Source: Mizuhopecten yessoensis
Taxonomy: Eukaryota
Assembly: GCF_002113885.1 (NCBI RefSeq)
Contig: NW_018403901.1
Location: forward strand, 252,755-316,754
Direction: 5' to 3'
DNA length: 64,000 nucleotides
Shown here in pieces: positions 25,620-40,600 of this stretch. Each line of letters begins with the position of its first letter. Positions within the stretch are counted from its first letter, which is position 1. Below the pieces are notes generated by a model, which searched no databases, had not been told where the DNA came from, and saw nothing but the letters and a program-made list of their open reading frames with translations. The position numbers and the translations under genes are program-made.

Positions 25620-28600
25620 ATGACAATGTGGACAGGGATTTCTTTATCCTGCTTCATCTTATGGATCCTTCGATCGGCACATTATGTTGGTGAGTATGAT
25701 TTTTTTATACACAAATATGTATACATTAAAAATCTTCTATCAAATTGTGTGTCCCCCATTTTTCCAATTTTCGCTTGTGAGTACATACTTGTTATCTCTG
25801 CATTTCCATCTAAAGACAATTGATTCCGGAATGTGTGTAGCACTGCATGACCGATTGTTATTTATTTGCACATATCCTAATACAACCAGACAGTAGTATT
25901 AATACTCATCACTCTCTTTCTCTGTCGACATGTTTCTACAATCAACCTTATATTCCACTCAATTCATTTCAAATGATACTAAACTAAGTTATAATGTCAT
26001 TCGCCGGGCACGTTACCCGGTATTCCTCATTGACGTGTGTAGTATGTCTATTGCACATTCAAACTACTAAAGAATAATACTTGATTGAGAAATGTTACCC
26101 TCCTTTTTCTAATATTTTATTACCTCCAGTAAAGGTTACCGTATCGGGAACTTAATAACGTTGCTGCCTAGTTAATCCTTAAACCGATCTTGTTTCCTGT
26201 CGTATGGTAATCACAAAACTGTATTGCTGTAGTAGGGCAATCATTGTATTCCTGTAGTAGGGCAAGCACTGTATTCCTGTAGTAGGGCAATCATTGAAAC
26301 ATGTTGAAGTAAGATGAGATATCCCTTATACAATATTATATATTACTTTGGCATGTTATGTTATTATAATTGATGTGTCCGTATTATATGCTTTTGAATG
26401 ATGTTTGAAGTTCATTAGTAAAGAGTCCAAAATAATAACCTTGTTTGCTTTGTTTGGCTTCCTGTATCTACGGCCATTCGGTAATATGTTGTCACATTTC
26501 CATTTAAAGTTAGCATCGCATTACTTTGCTGTTGGACACAGGTACTGAAATATTATTTTCAAAATAAACTATGTTATTTCGTTTATACTCAGACAACGGA
26601 AAATAGGAGATGCAGACTTTTTAGAGAGTAAAACATTTTTTTGCTTATTCCAATAAGTGTTGCAGAAAGGTACACTGTATCATAATATCAAATAAGCGTC
26701 ATGATGTATAATCAAAAGGTCATTGGATCGATTCTTCTTGTTTGTGAAAAGGAATTTTATTTTCGTTCTTAACTCTTTTCCGTTTTAAATGGACGAACAA
26801 CTCTAAGTTGGATAGTCATAAGGACAATTTTCTTTTGTTTGTTGGAGTTAAAAGCAGATAATATGTCTATCTGCCTTGTGTTTTTGTATTTCTATGTGAT
26901 CTTACCTAACGCTTATATTTAAATGTGTATTTTATGTTCGAACTTATGAGTATAATTAAACGAGATGTTTGTGTTTTTGTTGGTAGTCGGTTGGGCTATG
27001 CGTCTTTCTGAACAAGGTTAGGTAATAAATGCATTACTACCATGTACATATATGTACTTCAATTAAGTAAGATATTTTCATTGCGGTTTTTTCCAAAAAA
27101 AAACATCTGTTTGAGTTTGAATTGCATTCTCTCTCTTCTACCGGGTATTTATTAAATTAATGCGAATATCACTCATACATTTCATGCCCATACTACTCCT
27201 GGGAACTTATACTACCTATAGGCGATGTTATAACTTTAAATTGCATTAACGTACTGATAGCAATTTGAAGTCCAGTCTTCAACACATTTCGAATATGTAT
27301 ACTACATGGTACAAGGAAGTAGAGACATTAATGTATTTGTGTTGTATGAGTATGCTAGCAGGTCTAAATAATTACCATATGTATGAACAAATTGATGGAA
27401 GGTCTAAACATTTATTACATGTATGAATACTTTGATACTATTCCAATTCAAAAATTCAAAACATACTAATAAGTCATTTTTAATTCCTCTTATTGAACTC
27501 GGGAGGGGNTGTATTTCAATATATACTTTGAAACAGTCCTAAATGAACAAAACAGTTAACATATTTTCTTTGTTTGGCCTTCTTCGTCACCTTTCCTAAT
27601 TCGTAATGAATATCTTATTACTTTCCAAATTAGTAATGTATATAAAAAATGTATTTTTACATGAAGTTGTAGTGATATGTTTCTACCTAGTACAAGAGAT
27701 CTGTGCCGTTTCTATGAACAGTGAGAGGGTTTTAGAAAGATAAGATAATGCTCACAATGACATAAGTATAATGATACAATATCATAATTTCTTATATTTC
27801 GACCAAGACTGATCAACTGTGACCTCTCTCTGTATTCAGATAAGATAAGGTCAAATGGTACTACCCGTAAAGGTAGTCGACGACCCGAAATAAGTCGAGG
27901 TAGATCACAGGTGAATAAATCAGACTGTTGACCGCTAATCCGGTACAATAAAACCTCATTATTCTAAGCTTACCATGAAAGGCGTGTGTAATAATGTTTA
28001 TTCAAATAAACTGTATCAACACGTTAATCTTATCAGCATAATAAGCTTGCATATATTAGTTGATTATGTACACTTGTATATGTGATCTTACTATTAGACT
28101 ATGCACAATCATATTTGAAATGCCATGTTTAATCCGTTCTAAAGAAACCTATCCCTTACCAAACCCTCTAGTTTTTTATGAATAATATTGATACATATAC
28201 ACATTTTGAAATCCTTACGATATTTAATTTTTAATTTGTATATACGCGTGGAAGCCTATTGAACCATAAAATTTGCGTAGTATTTGTCTGTTTATCGTAA
28301 GTGTTCACTGCCAGTGATGATTTTCATTGATCACATCTCGTCAATTTATGTGTCACCTATATACCCCCTATAGGACATAAGAACGGCATACACTCAGTTG
28401 TATTCGTTACACATTATAACAAGACCGACAGAGGTGTTCTGCCATTTTATTAAATATAGTTATGTCTTGTTTTGTATCAATACATAACAACAAGATATAT
28501 AAGGATGTCATCTAACTGGACCTCCGGTACAACGAATCTCTAATCAAGCTAACCAAACGTACACACTTTACTCTTATAGGGTGGGCTACCAGTCAGAATA

Positions 28601-31600
28601 ATATCTGTGAATAATATATGTATTTTGTTCTCGTGTGAAATAAACATGCATTTCTCTTCACATCTACACCGTAACAAAGACGAAGGCGTGTGTGGATCAC
28701 AGCTGATTGTACACTTCATGTTAAAGCTTTTCACCGTATTGATACCGTGTCTGTGCCTTCCTTGTGTTTTCCGCTGTGTCTGTGTAAAGGGACTACGGTA
28801 ACATTACAGGTACATGCATGTACCTGACGTTCTGTGGAGGTATTGCACGCCGTGTAATGCCTAGACAATATGTAGTACCTACACTATTGCTTTGTTACCA
28901 ACTGTTTCCATAACAAACGTACGGAATGAACAATGGTGGAAAGTGTTTTATATAACTCATTTCAACACGTTGTTATCCCCTACAAGGCTATGTTATCTAG
29001 ATGGAATCAGTGCCCCTAAGTAATATGGCCATTCTGGATCCTGTAGTTGTAACCAATGGCACGCAATACGTAGCGGTGTGGTATGAACCTTGGTGCATTT
29101 TACAGTATAAAACAAAGCTAGGTGTGCAGTATTTCTATATCAAAACAAATTGAACCATGTGATTAAACAAAAATCCAGGTAGGCATTCCGAGAATGAAAT
29201 ACGATATATATGTATAATACAGCTGTACATAGTTATGTATCAGCAGATGTTGCAGGTTGCAAGTGAAGTATATAGAACAAGACCGATAGATCAATATCCT
29301 GAAATGTTGCAAATATAATTTGTTGAAGTTATTTGAGTAATGTTCATATCACAGACATCATTTATTACATAGTCTAGATGAGGATGTACATAGCGTTTCG
29401 ATAGTCTGAAACGCCGTCCGTTAATAGCCGAGGAATAAGGCTAATCTGAATGATGATCTTGTGAAAGAAAAGTGATTAATTGCAAGAATAATTAAAAATT
29501 CGTGTGAACACGTAATATTTGGGCTTGATAGAAAACTTATGAATACTGGATTATGATAAAGTAATAATTTTAAGGAGTTCGGGTACATCTTACCCAATTA
29601 GAAAATTGTCCTGAAAATTCGTATTTGATAAATAATGAATTAATAAATGTGTACAGATAGGTTAGAGAACATTTAGAAAAATAGGTAAGAACTGTTAGAA
29701 GAAAACATCAATAAGTATCCACCTAAGCCTAGGGAACGGTATCACTACATTGTATGTATAATGGTTCGTACATTGTGTTAAGCATTTATTAAACAAAACT
29801 AACAAAATCAACGTTAACTACTGTTCAAGCTAACAAGTTAACTACTGTTCAAGCTAACATAACGTTTCACACTGTTTGGCACTATATTTCTCTCCGATAG
29901 TGTATTAACATTAGTATACACTCGCCAACTCAAGTACTCTGATATTCAAACATCACTGGCTAGTTACATGTGTCAAACTTATTATTACTGTCCAATTAAG
30001 GGGAGAGTGAACCATGGTTTTCGTTAGACTATTGTATAAACACAGTTTTGAAGCCTACTTGGCTAACTTTTGATGTTTAACAAGATGTCAAGGAGATATC
30101 TCCGGTATATTTGGAGTACATAGCCCAACTCCAATTTAAAACATTCGTATAGACTTAGTCGTATTTTTATGTGCGCTTCATCCATACAATTAAGTGTATA
30201 CCCGTTATAGTATGCATTGAACTCGATATAATCGGGTGCCAATTAATATCACTGACATCCACTTGCAGACATCGAGTGTTATAACAAAATGTCATATACA
30301 TTAGGTTCTCTCAAAGAACCCAAAGCACCGAGGAGTCGATATCGAGAGGTAAAAGTGACCGTTGACTAGTTCAAATGAATTGAAAAAAGCAACCTAAGGA
30401 AATAACATGCTTAATAACATATCCAACGATGGTTGTAGAAACCGGGTATCTTTAACAGTGTTGAAGTATATCACTTGATATCTTCTAACGATAAGAAAGA
30501 AATTGTTAAAATTGCGTTATAGTTCCTGTATTTCATTTGGAATGCGTCACATCCAGTAAAAATCAGGAATGTTTATTAACCTTTAAGTGTGGACACTATA
30601 AATAGATATTCGATATAATGACAGACACTTATTCTCATGTTCTATTTACATGAAAGTGTTTGTTTAAAATTTTATAACTTAGAATATAGTAGCCACGCTT
30701 GTAGTAATCTATTTGATATGTTATTTAATGACACCGTTAATTTACTATAAATATTCCAAGTAAACTAGCAATACATAGTTCCTTAATACTGCAAGTCGAT
30801 AATCCATCACTCTCTAGTTCCTATGGACTCCAGGGAAATATTTCTATATTATTTCTATTATACATTGTCTTTATTTAATACAAGTTAACGATCGATATCT
30901 ACTTCCTATTAAATTAAAGTTAGATATGTAACTATTTACACATACTACCTATTAAATCAAGCTACGTATGTAACTATCAATACATACTACCTATAACATT
31001 CAAGTGAACTATCAATGCATACTACTTATACAATACAAGTTAACTATCAATACATTCTACCTTATCAATCGTGGTTAACTATTAATTTGTATTATCTATA
31101 AATCCAAGTTTCATATCAATGCACACTACCCTTATAATTCAAGTTAAATATTAAAACATACTAACTATAAAATTCAAGTTAATAATCCAACTTTCTACCT
31201 ACATTTGAACCACTTTTATAACGTTCCATTCATATATTGTACATTATCCAAGTTCACTTTCAATACATACTTCCTACATGTATGCAATACAGGTACATGT
31301 AAATTATTAATACATTTTACCTATATAATGGAAGTATAATCATGTTCTCTATTCAACAGCAGCTATAGGAAGGCGAGGCAAAGTTAGTTCTAAAAACCGA
31401 ATATTATAGAACGTTTATGTCAGACGTGTCGACTTTTTTCCAGCATTTTTTACACACGCGTTACCTGTATTTGTTTTGCCTATTTTAAATATATCGATGT
31501 GAAACCTGAGTAAGTTAATATGTTGGTTTTGTAATTGACATTATTCATGGATATTTCATTATAGCAGGATTTAAATAGCATGTCCTTAAACCATTACTTA

Positions 31601-34600
31601 CATGTTGTCCTCATTAGGATTTTTCACGTGAGTAAATGTATTGTACGTCGATCAAAGCTCCACAGGAAAATCACAGGCTCTGACTAATTACCTTAACTTT
31701 GAATTATACACTCACTTTTACCAAAACGACATTAATGTTCCGTGTAATCAACATGGCTGACTGATTGAAATGTATGTCATATTTCCATCAGCTGTGACAA
31801 GTTGCGACCTTAACGGGTAGTATGATAAAGTGGGTTGATCTTGATTGTGCTGTATCAGGTCTTGCATTTATATCTTGACCTGCTCTAAATATATCACTTT
31901 CACCAACAACAAAGATATTACAATGATAACATCAACATGCTGAATTTATACACTACTTTTTTAGAACATAAGTGACTTAGCATTTTTTTGTAAAAAACAA
32001 CAATGGTTAATTGTTAATTTGTGCTATTGTAGAATGGTTTATTCGAAGATATATCGTATATAAACATATAACACGTGAGACATGTTATTCTTGAGTATGA
32101 TAAAAATAAATCCAGTTGGAGTTGTTAGCGGATATTCTGGAATTTTAAAAGGTGAAATTCCCTGTATTGCCATATTAAACAATAATATCTTTTACAAATA
32201 TCCAATTACCATGTTTATCAAAGGATGATATATGGTGCGCCCTCGTCGTCATTTATTGGCAATAATACCCTGTATTATATATAAATATATGAACTATAAA
32301 CGTGACATCTTTCACACCTCACTGGTGTTAATACTTATTAAGTGATTGCTTTTGAAAAATGAATTTGCCTACTATTGATTACTGTGTAATATATCTTGTT
32401 TAATAACCAATATAAATTCAAGCCGGTGAAAAATGCATGTTAATAGTTAAATTATATATGTAATAAGAAGCAAAATTTACGACGGAAACCAATTTCTGAC
32501 TCGTGTCCTGTCCTGCCTCGAACTCACGAACACCAGCACCAAATTACTTAACCAAGAAGCATCAGAATATTGCATCGTGCACGCCTCCTCAAAAATTGAT
32601 GTTTTTGATATTGTTATCATGGTCAACAGTCCGGTTATCTCGACATGATCATAGAAACTTAATTTGCATAAACATTAGATATTAGATGCGGTATAATGAC
32701 GACGGGCTGTTAGTATCTTTAACATTCATATCCTGTAACATGGAAAAACAACATACACTTTGTTTATACTTAACTTCTATATATCTTTAATGTTTTAGAG
32801 AGCACATGCTCACAACCATCCTCGGAATGGTCAGGCAACTGGTACGACAGTCAGTTTGATGGGACGTTTGGAATAACTTGGTCCAGTAATGTTATTACAA
32901 TAACAGGCTGGTCAGTCACGGCCTATTCGTCCACAGTGACCAGCTGGTCATGTGTGACAGAGGATACAACAAACAACTATATAGTGTTCCTGTAAGACGT
33001 TTAATGTTTTAATTTTAAATATGAATATAGATAACTTATAACTGTATTCCTCAATTCCTTCTAAAGAGTAATAAAGAAAATCAAGGATGGGTTGCTTAAA
33101 GGATCATCCTATATGCTATCCAAACAAAAGCTTTAATTTTCGTTCTCTGTTTCTCTCAACATTTAGACATTTCTCTTTGATTAAAGATTAATTGGAAATT
33201 GTCGATTGTATTTGATTAATCAGTAAATACCCTCCGGAAATTGTTTTAATTTTATGAATACTCAAACAGTATAAAAGACAACGAAAAAACGAAAACGTTT
33301 TACTTTGCTGATAATAGTAAATGTCATGGGAAGAACTCATACGGTGTGGAATGTCGTTTTTTCAAAAAGCAAATAAAATTTGATGAATTTGTACCTGGAT
33401 ATTACGGTGGATTAAAAATTGTGATAACGTAACTATCTAACAAATACCGTAAATGATTAATAGATGGTTTATTCCATTATAGGGGAGACCAGACAGTGAA
33501 CTTATTTGGACAGCCACAGAACGCCTATATATGCATGGCGTGGACCCAGGTCAGCACTTATTCTTATGTATACTACCTACAGGCAAGTAAGTAGCCAGTG
33601 CAACGGCATGTTTATATGTTAATTTCCATTGAAATTTAGTTCAACACATTGTTACAAATTTCGTTCTCATGTCAAACTAAAACAATGTTTTTGTTTTTCT
33701 TATTTAAAAACTAAACATTGTCAAAATTAATGCAACTAATTTCCCTTTTCAGTGATTTTTTATATGAGTGCTTTACAGTTTGCCTACCTCATACTTTTAA
33801 CAGGATATCCACCATGCTATGCGTTGTATACTTGATGCGAGAATCAGATAATCTGATAGGTAGAGGCGATTGTTTTCTCGTATTTTCACTTCGGCATTCA
33901 ACACAGTGTCAATGGGAAATCTATTAATAAGGAGTGATAGTGTAAAACTTAACCGATGAGAGTGTAAACTATAAATGAGTGACAGTACAATTTAGCCAAT
34001 GCCAATGTAAAATATAAGTGGGTGTAATTTACCAATAGCTGACAACAAGAAAATCAAAAGATGACAGTGTAAAATATAAAGGGAATGCAGTTTAAAACTT
34101 CAATCGGTCAATTCGTACATATTCATATTGTATCCATTACTAAATAGTTATGTATTTATCTTATTATCTCACATCAGCTGCACGAGGTCTAGAAATGAAC
34201 AGTACTGTACATTTATTTTTTATGGTCACATATTGTCTAAAAAAAAGGTTCTAACGCTAACTATGCTACCCATTTCCAATGATTAATTATTGACTGTAAG
34301 CAAAATCTTTATAATTATAATATCAATCCATTATGTCCATATATCTACATTGTACCACCAATGGAGAGGACTCGAATAGGCTATAGGCCTGTTGTTCAGT
34401 CCATTTGGCAGTGTAATATTCTTCTTTGTCGATCAAATATGTTGAAATTGAACTGGTGAAAGTGCAAAATAGCAACTGGTGACCATGCACAATATTTATT
34501 CTTAATGAATGTGGGGCAAGTCTGCATGTACGTATGATTGTTTCCACAATGTCATCCTTTTACCAAAGGTATAATACATTTTGCAAACATGTTTAATATA

Positions 34601-37600
34601 AAACACCCGTTGTTACCTTGGACAATGCTTTGCATCGAAGCTATCATTATCTTTATATATAACTTTGTAGATACGGAGGCCAATGCGGGAGAATTCCGTG
34701 TTTTTATAGAGGAATCGACCATCGCAACGGGGGCGGCCAGCAAATACTGTGCTCCTACCTCCGGTCCGTCCACAGCTGAATACCACACCCTAGTCAAGCA
34801 AAGTAGGACAACCGGCTCTTAACATCAGTATTTACTTGTTATAAAATAAAAATGAAAACATTTTCAATTACTGATCAAATATGGTAGCGCTTCTGAGGTT
34901 GTTACTTTTTAATACACATGATATTAATATTCAATCATTTTTCTATATATAGACGTGATACTTTATGAGTTATGATTGGTAAATACTATTATTACTACAT
35001 AAGGACATACAATGTAGTATCAGTCAACATGTAAAAATCGTAGTAGTTTTCCGTTTCAGCTAGGTGGTTATGTAATAGTTGAACCTAAGGTCTCGTATTG
35101 ATATCATGCCGTTATAATTTTGTTTCATAGGTCACATAACGAGTGTAGGGCAGTACTTTCCAACTCTCCTGCTGGGCACGTACGAATATACAGCTAATGA
35201 TGGCTCTAGTTCTCTATGCGGAACCGGAAGTGTGTGGGATAACTGTAATGACAGAACCATTACAGCCTTCAACTACACCCAGTGTGCAACTGTAATGGCA
35301 TATTCAAGTAAGATATTTCCTTGATTGTTAGTGAACTTTTAACAGGAAACAACAGTCATGAGACTAGAGAATATGCGTATAGTTTGCAATGCAGTATGAT
35401 TAAAAGAATACCTAACAACACCATCGTACAGTCATACGTGTTGCGTTAGAAACCTCTATGATAAAACCGGTGCCCATAGAATGAAGTAGATTCCTGTGTT
35501 GAGTACACTATATACTGTTATGTGATAGTTGAAAAAATAACCTTTAGTGTTTCACTTTTGTCCAACAGGTGGTGGTACTTTGTACAACGTATACTCAGTC
35601 GTCAGTGGATCGTACACTTACGTCACCCTGGTCAACGCAGACGCAACGACTGACGAATCAACTACTTACAGATTTACATGTTTGGTACGTTATATTTAAC
35701 TACCTATTAAACATGATTAATATAAGTGTATGTCCAACCTATCCATGTTTCATTGTGTTGCTTGCCAAGTGTCATTACCCCATTACAAGGACGAGACGGC
35801 AACCTGTTTCTGGTCTTTTTAATATTCTACTGCTTTGTGTTGTATTTAATTTATTTATTTATAAAACAAATCGTGCTTATTAAATATACTCATGTTTGAA
35901 GTTTAAATTTTAATTAAGGTGTTATACTTAATTGTCTTTGTAAAGATACTATTGTATAAGTAATGCTTTTGGCATTATATTTGCAAATCATAATTCGACA
36001 ACACAGAAAGCATACACACCAAGTATTTACATCGAATTTTAAGGTAACATTAACAATAATAATCACATGCTCATAATATTCTGTTACAGATTTGTCAGGC
36101 CTCTGGTTCGAATGTCCAGTTAAGCATTGACCACGGTAGCTGTAGCACTTCGGGCAATCCCTCTACTGTCCCCGCTGGAGGAATGACTGCAACGCTGACC
36201 CCCTATGGTATGTACTGCAGTCTATTGACTTAACATAGAGTATTACTTTTTTGAATAAATCTTTCATAAGTGCGTTAGAAGTAACTCATTTGTTGATTTT
36301 ACATAGATTATCATCTAAGCACCAATCGATGCCGTGACAAAATATATAATTGAAAAGAAAACGATGAAAAACAAATCTGTTTTTATTCCTTTTGGTAGTA
36401 TGTTTTATAACTACCTGGTTTTCTAATAATTTGTTACATTTTATCAAGTGTATGACATCAACGCTTTAATAATATATTGTTTTTCTTTATGTGTGCCTTC
36501 CTTGTCGGGATAAACAGTTACCTGCCGTAAGTATATATTTCTCAATTCAGATAAACTATTTCTTAAGTACATGTTTCACTGGCATCGAGTTATTGACGTC
36601 TTTTTTATCTTAATTTCGTACTTAGTTATTCGCTTTTCTAAAGTATCATATATATCGAATCAATGACGTGCTTCGATTTTTAATTTCCTGATAAATTATT
36701 CGCTTGTGATTTAACCTATTATTAGATTAATAGGACATGAATGAAGTATTGTTAAGTATGAAACCGGTTCAATTGTCTAACTAGTAACATCACTTCTCCT
36801 CCAAGGGATACATGCCGTTAAGGCTATCTCCAACTGGCATAGCTTCATCAATGGTTATCGTAAAAAGAATTATATGTTTGATTTCTTTGGCAATAATTAC
36901 CATTTATCACTAATTAAGATTGAAGTCGACTTTCCCGTTCATTCTGGATTGTATTTTTTGCTATTCCACAGCGTTCACAACGACCAGTGCTACGACAACA
37001 TGTAGGGAGCATTTGTTGTTTTATTATCACTTTTTGGGGGTTTTCTGTTTTGCATGTGCTTGATTTGTATACCACTTTTAACAAAACTTGTGTTTGATCT
37101 CACAACTTAATATCACATCTTCTATACCACTCCCAAGTCCCTACCAATACATGGACTGAAAGTTGCATGTTTAACTGTGAATTGCACTGAATCAATTATT
37201 TAACCATACGCGTACCAATGGGAACACATGCAAGCTTGCATTAATTTCTCGACGTTTAAATCACTTGTTGTCCCTGGTTACTCTCTAAAATAAATGGTTT
37301 GTTATGTTTCGGTTTTTCGAAGTATATCTTGAAATTGTGTAAGTCGGGTTAATATGAGCGAGTCTAACTCATTCCATCGTATCGTGTTTCTCGAGTCACA
37401 GGGGATTTTCAGTATCACATTTGTATGCCAACACAAATATACTCTGACCGACTCCCTCGCCATCTACATTTCCAGTCAAACGATAGCCTGGTAATACTTG
37501 GCATGTCTTTTATATCCTACTTTTTCCTTGTTTGCTTACCTTTTTGGAGACTGATACTATTTGTTTTATCAGCATAATTCCTATATTCACTTGGTTGTTG

Positions 37601-40600
37601 TAAATTGCCTCACCTAAATAATATCATATATGGTACCCCCCTGATGGGGAGATGTTTTGTTTTTGTTTTCGTCAATATCAATCTTTTCCGCCTCACAAAT
37701 TGCACATTCCCCAGCTCTCTCTCTCTACTATCTGTATATCTTACTCGTTTAAACGCTGACTAATGAGATGGTGTTGATTTCCATTGTTATTCCAATACTC
37801 GCGATGTTCTTAATTTCAATAAATATTGAATGAAAGTTATAAATGATTATATTGCACGATTATATACATTCGATTTTTAACTGAATCATTTACATTCTAT
37901 GTATGGATGTATTTTCTGTAATTTGTCTATTTACCGCTATTTACGCTATTTACCTGAGCGGTGGCGACATCAATATATGTTGCGCTATGTACATATGTTT
38001 GCTGTATTGTAGAATTAGTTTATTGATCGAGTCCAGTGTGTCTTTTTGTTCAATTGGCACGAATTCATGTTAAAACTATTTTGACGGTATCCTAGTTCAG
38101 TTAACTTGGTGATTGTCAATCGTGTCCTCTAGACGATTAATTATCCACATATCAAAGCCATTATAATTATTCAATATACGCATTTTTATTTGTTTTTATT
38201 TTACTCGTTTGTTGTTTTACAGCCTTAAAAACGACCATAAGGGCTAGTGTATTAAGCAGATTTGTTGGTATAGGGATTGTTAAGTACTTTTGTTTCAGTG
38301 ATTCACTACAACGGATGTCTCCCCTCTTCTAATCCGCATGTAATCGAACTGCACACATCAGTTTATCTTATAGAAAGCAGTAATATTAATTTGATAATAA
38401 TTGAAGATATGAACTCAATATGTGTCATTAATACATAATCAGTGCAACGGGATTTGTTCGCCATTCGAATGCTGGAGAATAAATATTGGAATTAATCAAT
38501 TGATTGATTGCCACTTTATAAATATTCTCTGCTGTGGAGGATCATCCGTTTACTCTGTGCGATTTGTTGTTTCACAGCGTTAGCAACGACGACCAATACG
38601 GGTAACACTTTACTATTAGATGTGTTGAGACAAAGGTTTCATTTCCTCCGATTCTATTTTCCTTATTTTCTTTATATATATATTTTTTTAATATTTTTTC
38701 CTCTGATTATACCAACCCAAGTAATGTATCCTTTCCAAGTTGTAACCATTATTTCAGTTACCTGTACATTGTCATCCCTTACGTTCAGGAATATTCTGTT
38801 GAAACAAAATGTAAGCCATATAATGCATTGTTAAGCATGCATGGATGGCTGTAGATAGTTGATTTACTCGCATGTATAACTTGAATTACATAATTGTATT
38901 ACTAACCCCCTAGTCTAACATACTTGCGATTTCATTTAAGAGTAGCGTCGTTTGGTTATTGCTAGCAACATGATGCCATTTATTCATTACACGTTATGAA
39001 ACTATAGAACTGATCCATCCATTATATATATATGATTATTTGGTGATATTAAGGGATATATAAGAGAAGAGTATAACGTTGAAAATAAAAGACATAAAGT
39101 GTTTAAATACAACCCTTAACAAAATCAAGTCTATGCTATAATTCTCAACCCAGATAAACTATTTCTTAAGTACATGTTTCACAGCCATCAAGTTATTGAC
39201 GTCCTTTTTAACCTAATTTCGTACTTAGTTATTCGCTTTTATAAAGTATCATATAAATCGAATCAATGACGTGCTTCGATTTTTGATTTCATGATAAGTT
39301 ATACGCTTGTGATTTAACCTATTATTAGATTAATATGACATGAATGAAGTATTGTTAAGTATGAAACCGGTTCGATTGTCTATCTAGTAACATCACTTCT
39401 CCTTACGCGCTATCACGTGATACATGCCGTTAAGTCTGTCTCCAACTGTAATAGCTTCATCAATGAGTATCTTAAAAAGAATTATATGTTTGTTTTCTTC
39501 GGCATTAACTACCATTTATCACTAATTAAGATTGAAGTCGACTTTCCCGTTCATTCTGGATTGTATTTTTTGCTATTCCACAGCGTCCGCAGCGGCCAGT
39601 GCTACATCATGTAGGGAGCATTTGTTGTTTTACTATCACCTTTCGGGTTTTTTCTGTTTTGCGTGTGCTTGATTTGTATACCACTTTTAACCAAACGTAT
39701 GTTTGATCTCACAACTCCATATCACATCTTCATAACCACTCCCAAGTCCCTACCCAAACATGGACTGAAAGTTGCAAGTTTAACTGTGATTTGCACTGAA
39801 TCAATTATTCGACCATACGCGTACCAATGGGAACGCATGTAAACTTGCATTTATTTCTCGACATTTAAATAACTTGTTGTCCCAGGTTACTCCCTGAAAT
39901 AAATGGTTTGTTATGTTTCCGTTTTTAGAAGTATATCTTGAAATTGTTTACGTCGGGTTTATATGAGTGAGTCTAACTCATTCCATCGCATCATGTTTCT
40001 CGAGTCACAGGTGATTTTCAGTATCATATATGTATGCCAACATAAATATACTCTGACAGACTCCCTCGCCATCTACATTTCCAGTCAAACGATAGCCTGG
40101 TAATACTGATCCCAAGTCTTTTTATTACTGTAGGAAAATACTAGGCATGTCTTTTATATCCTACTTTTCCCTTGTTTGCTTACCTTTTTAAACACTGATT
40201 ATATTTGTTTAATCAGCATAATTCCTATATCCACTTGGTTGTGGTAAATTACCTCACTTAAATAATATCATATATGGTGCCCCCTAATGTGGTGTTTTTT
40301 TGTTTTTATTTTCGTCACTATCAATCTTTTCTGCCTCACAAATTGCACATTCCCCAGCTCTCTCTCTACTATCTGTATATCTTACTCGTTTAAACGCTGA
40401 CTAATGAGATGGTGTTGATTTCCATTGTTATTCCAATACTCGTGAAGTTCTTAATTTCAAATAATATTGAAACGAAGTTATAAATGATTATATTGCACAA
40501 TTATATACATTCGATTTTTAACTGAATCATTTACATTCTATGTATGGATGTATTTTCTGTAATTTGTTTATTTACCGCTATTTACCGCTATTTACCTGAG

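Noticed and set aside
27509-27509. Single N base
   Set aside because: Sequencing or assembly ambiguity with no biological meaning.
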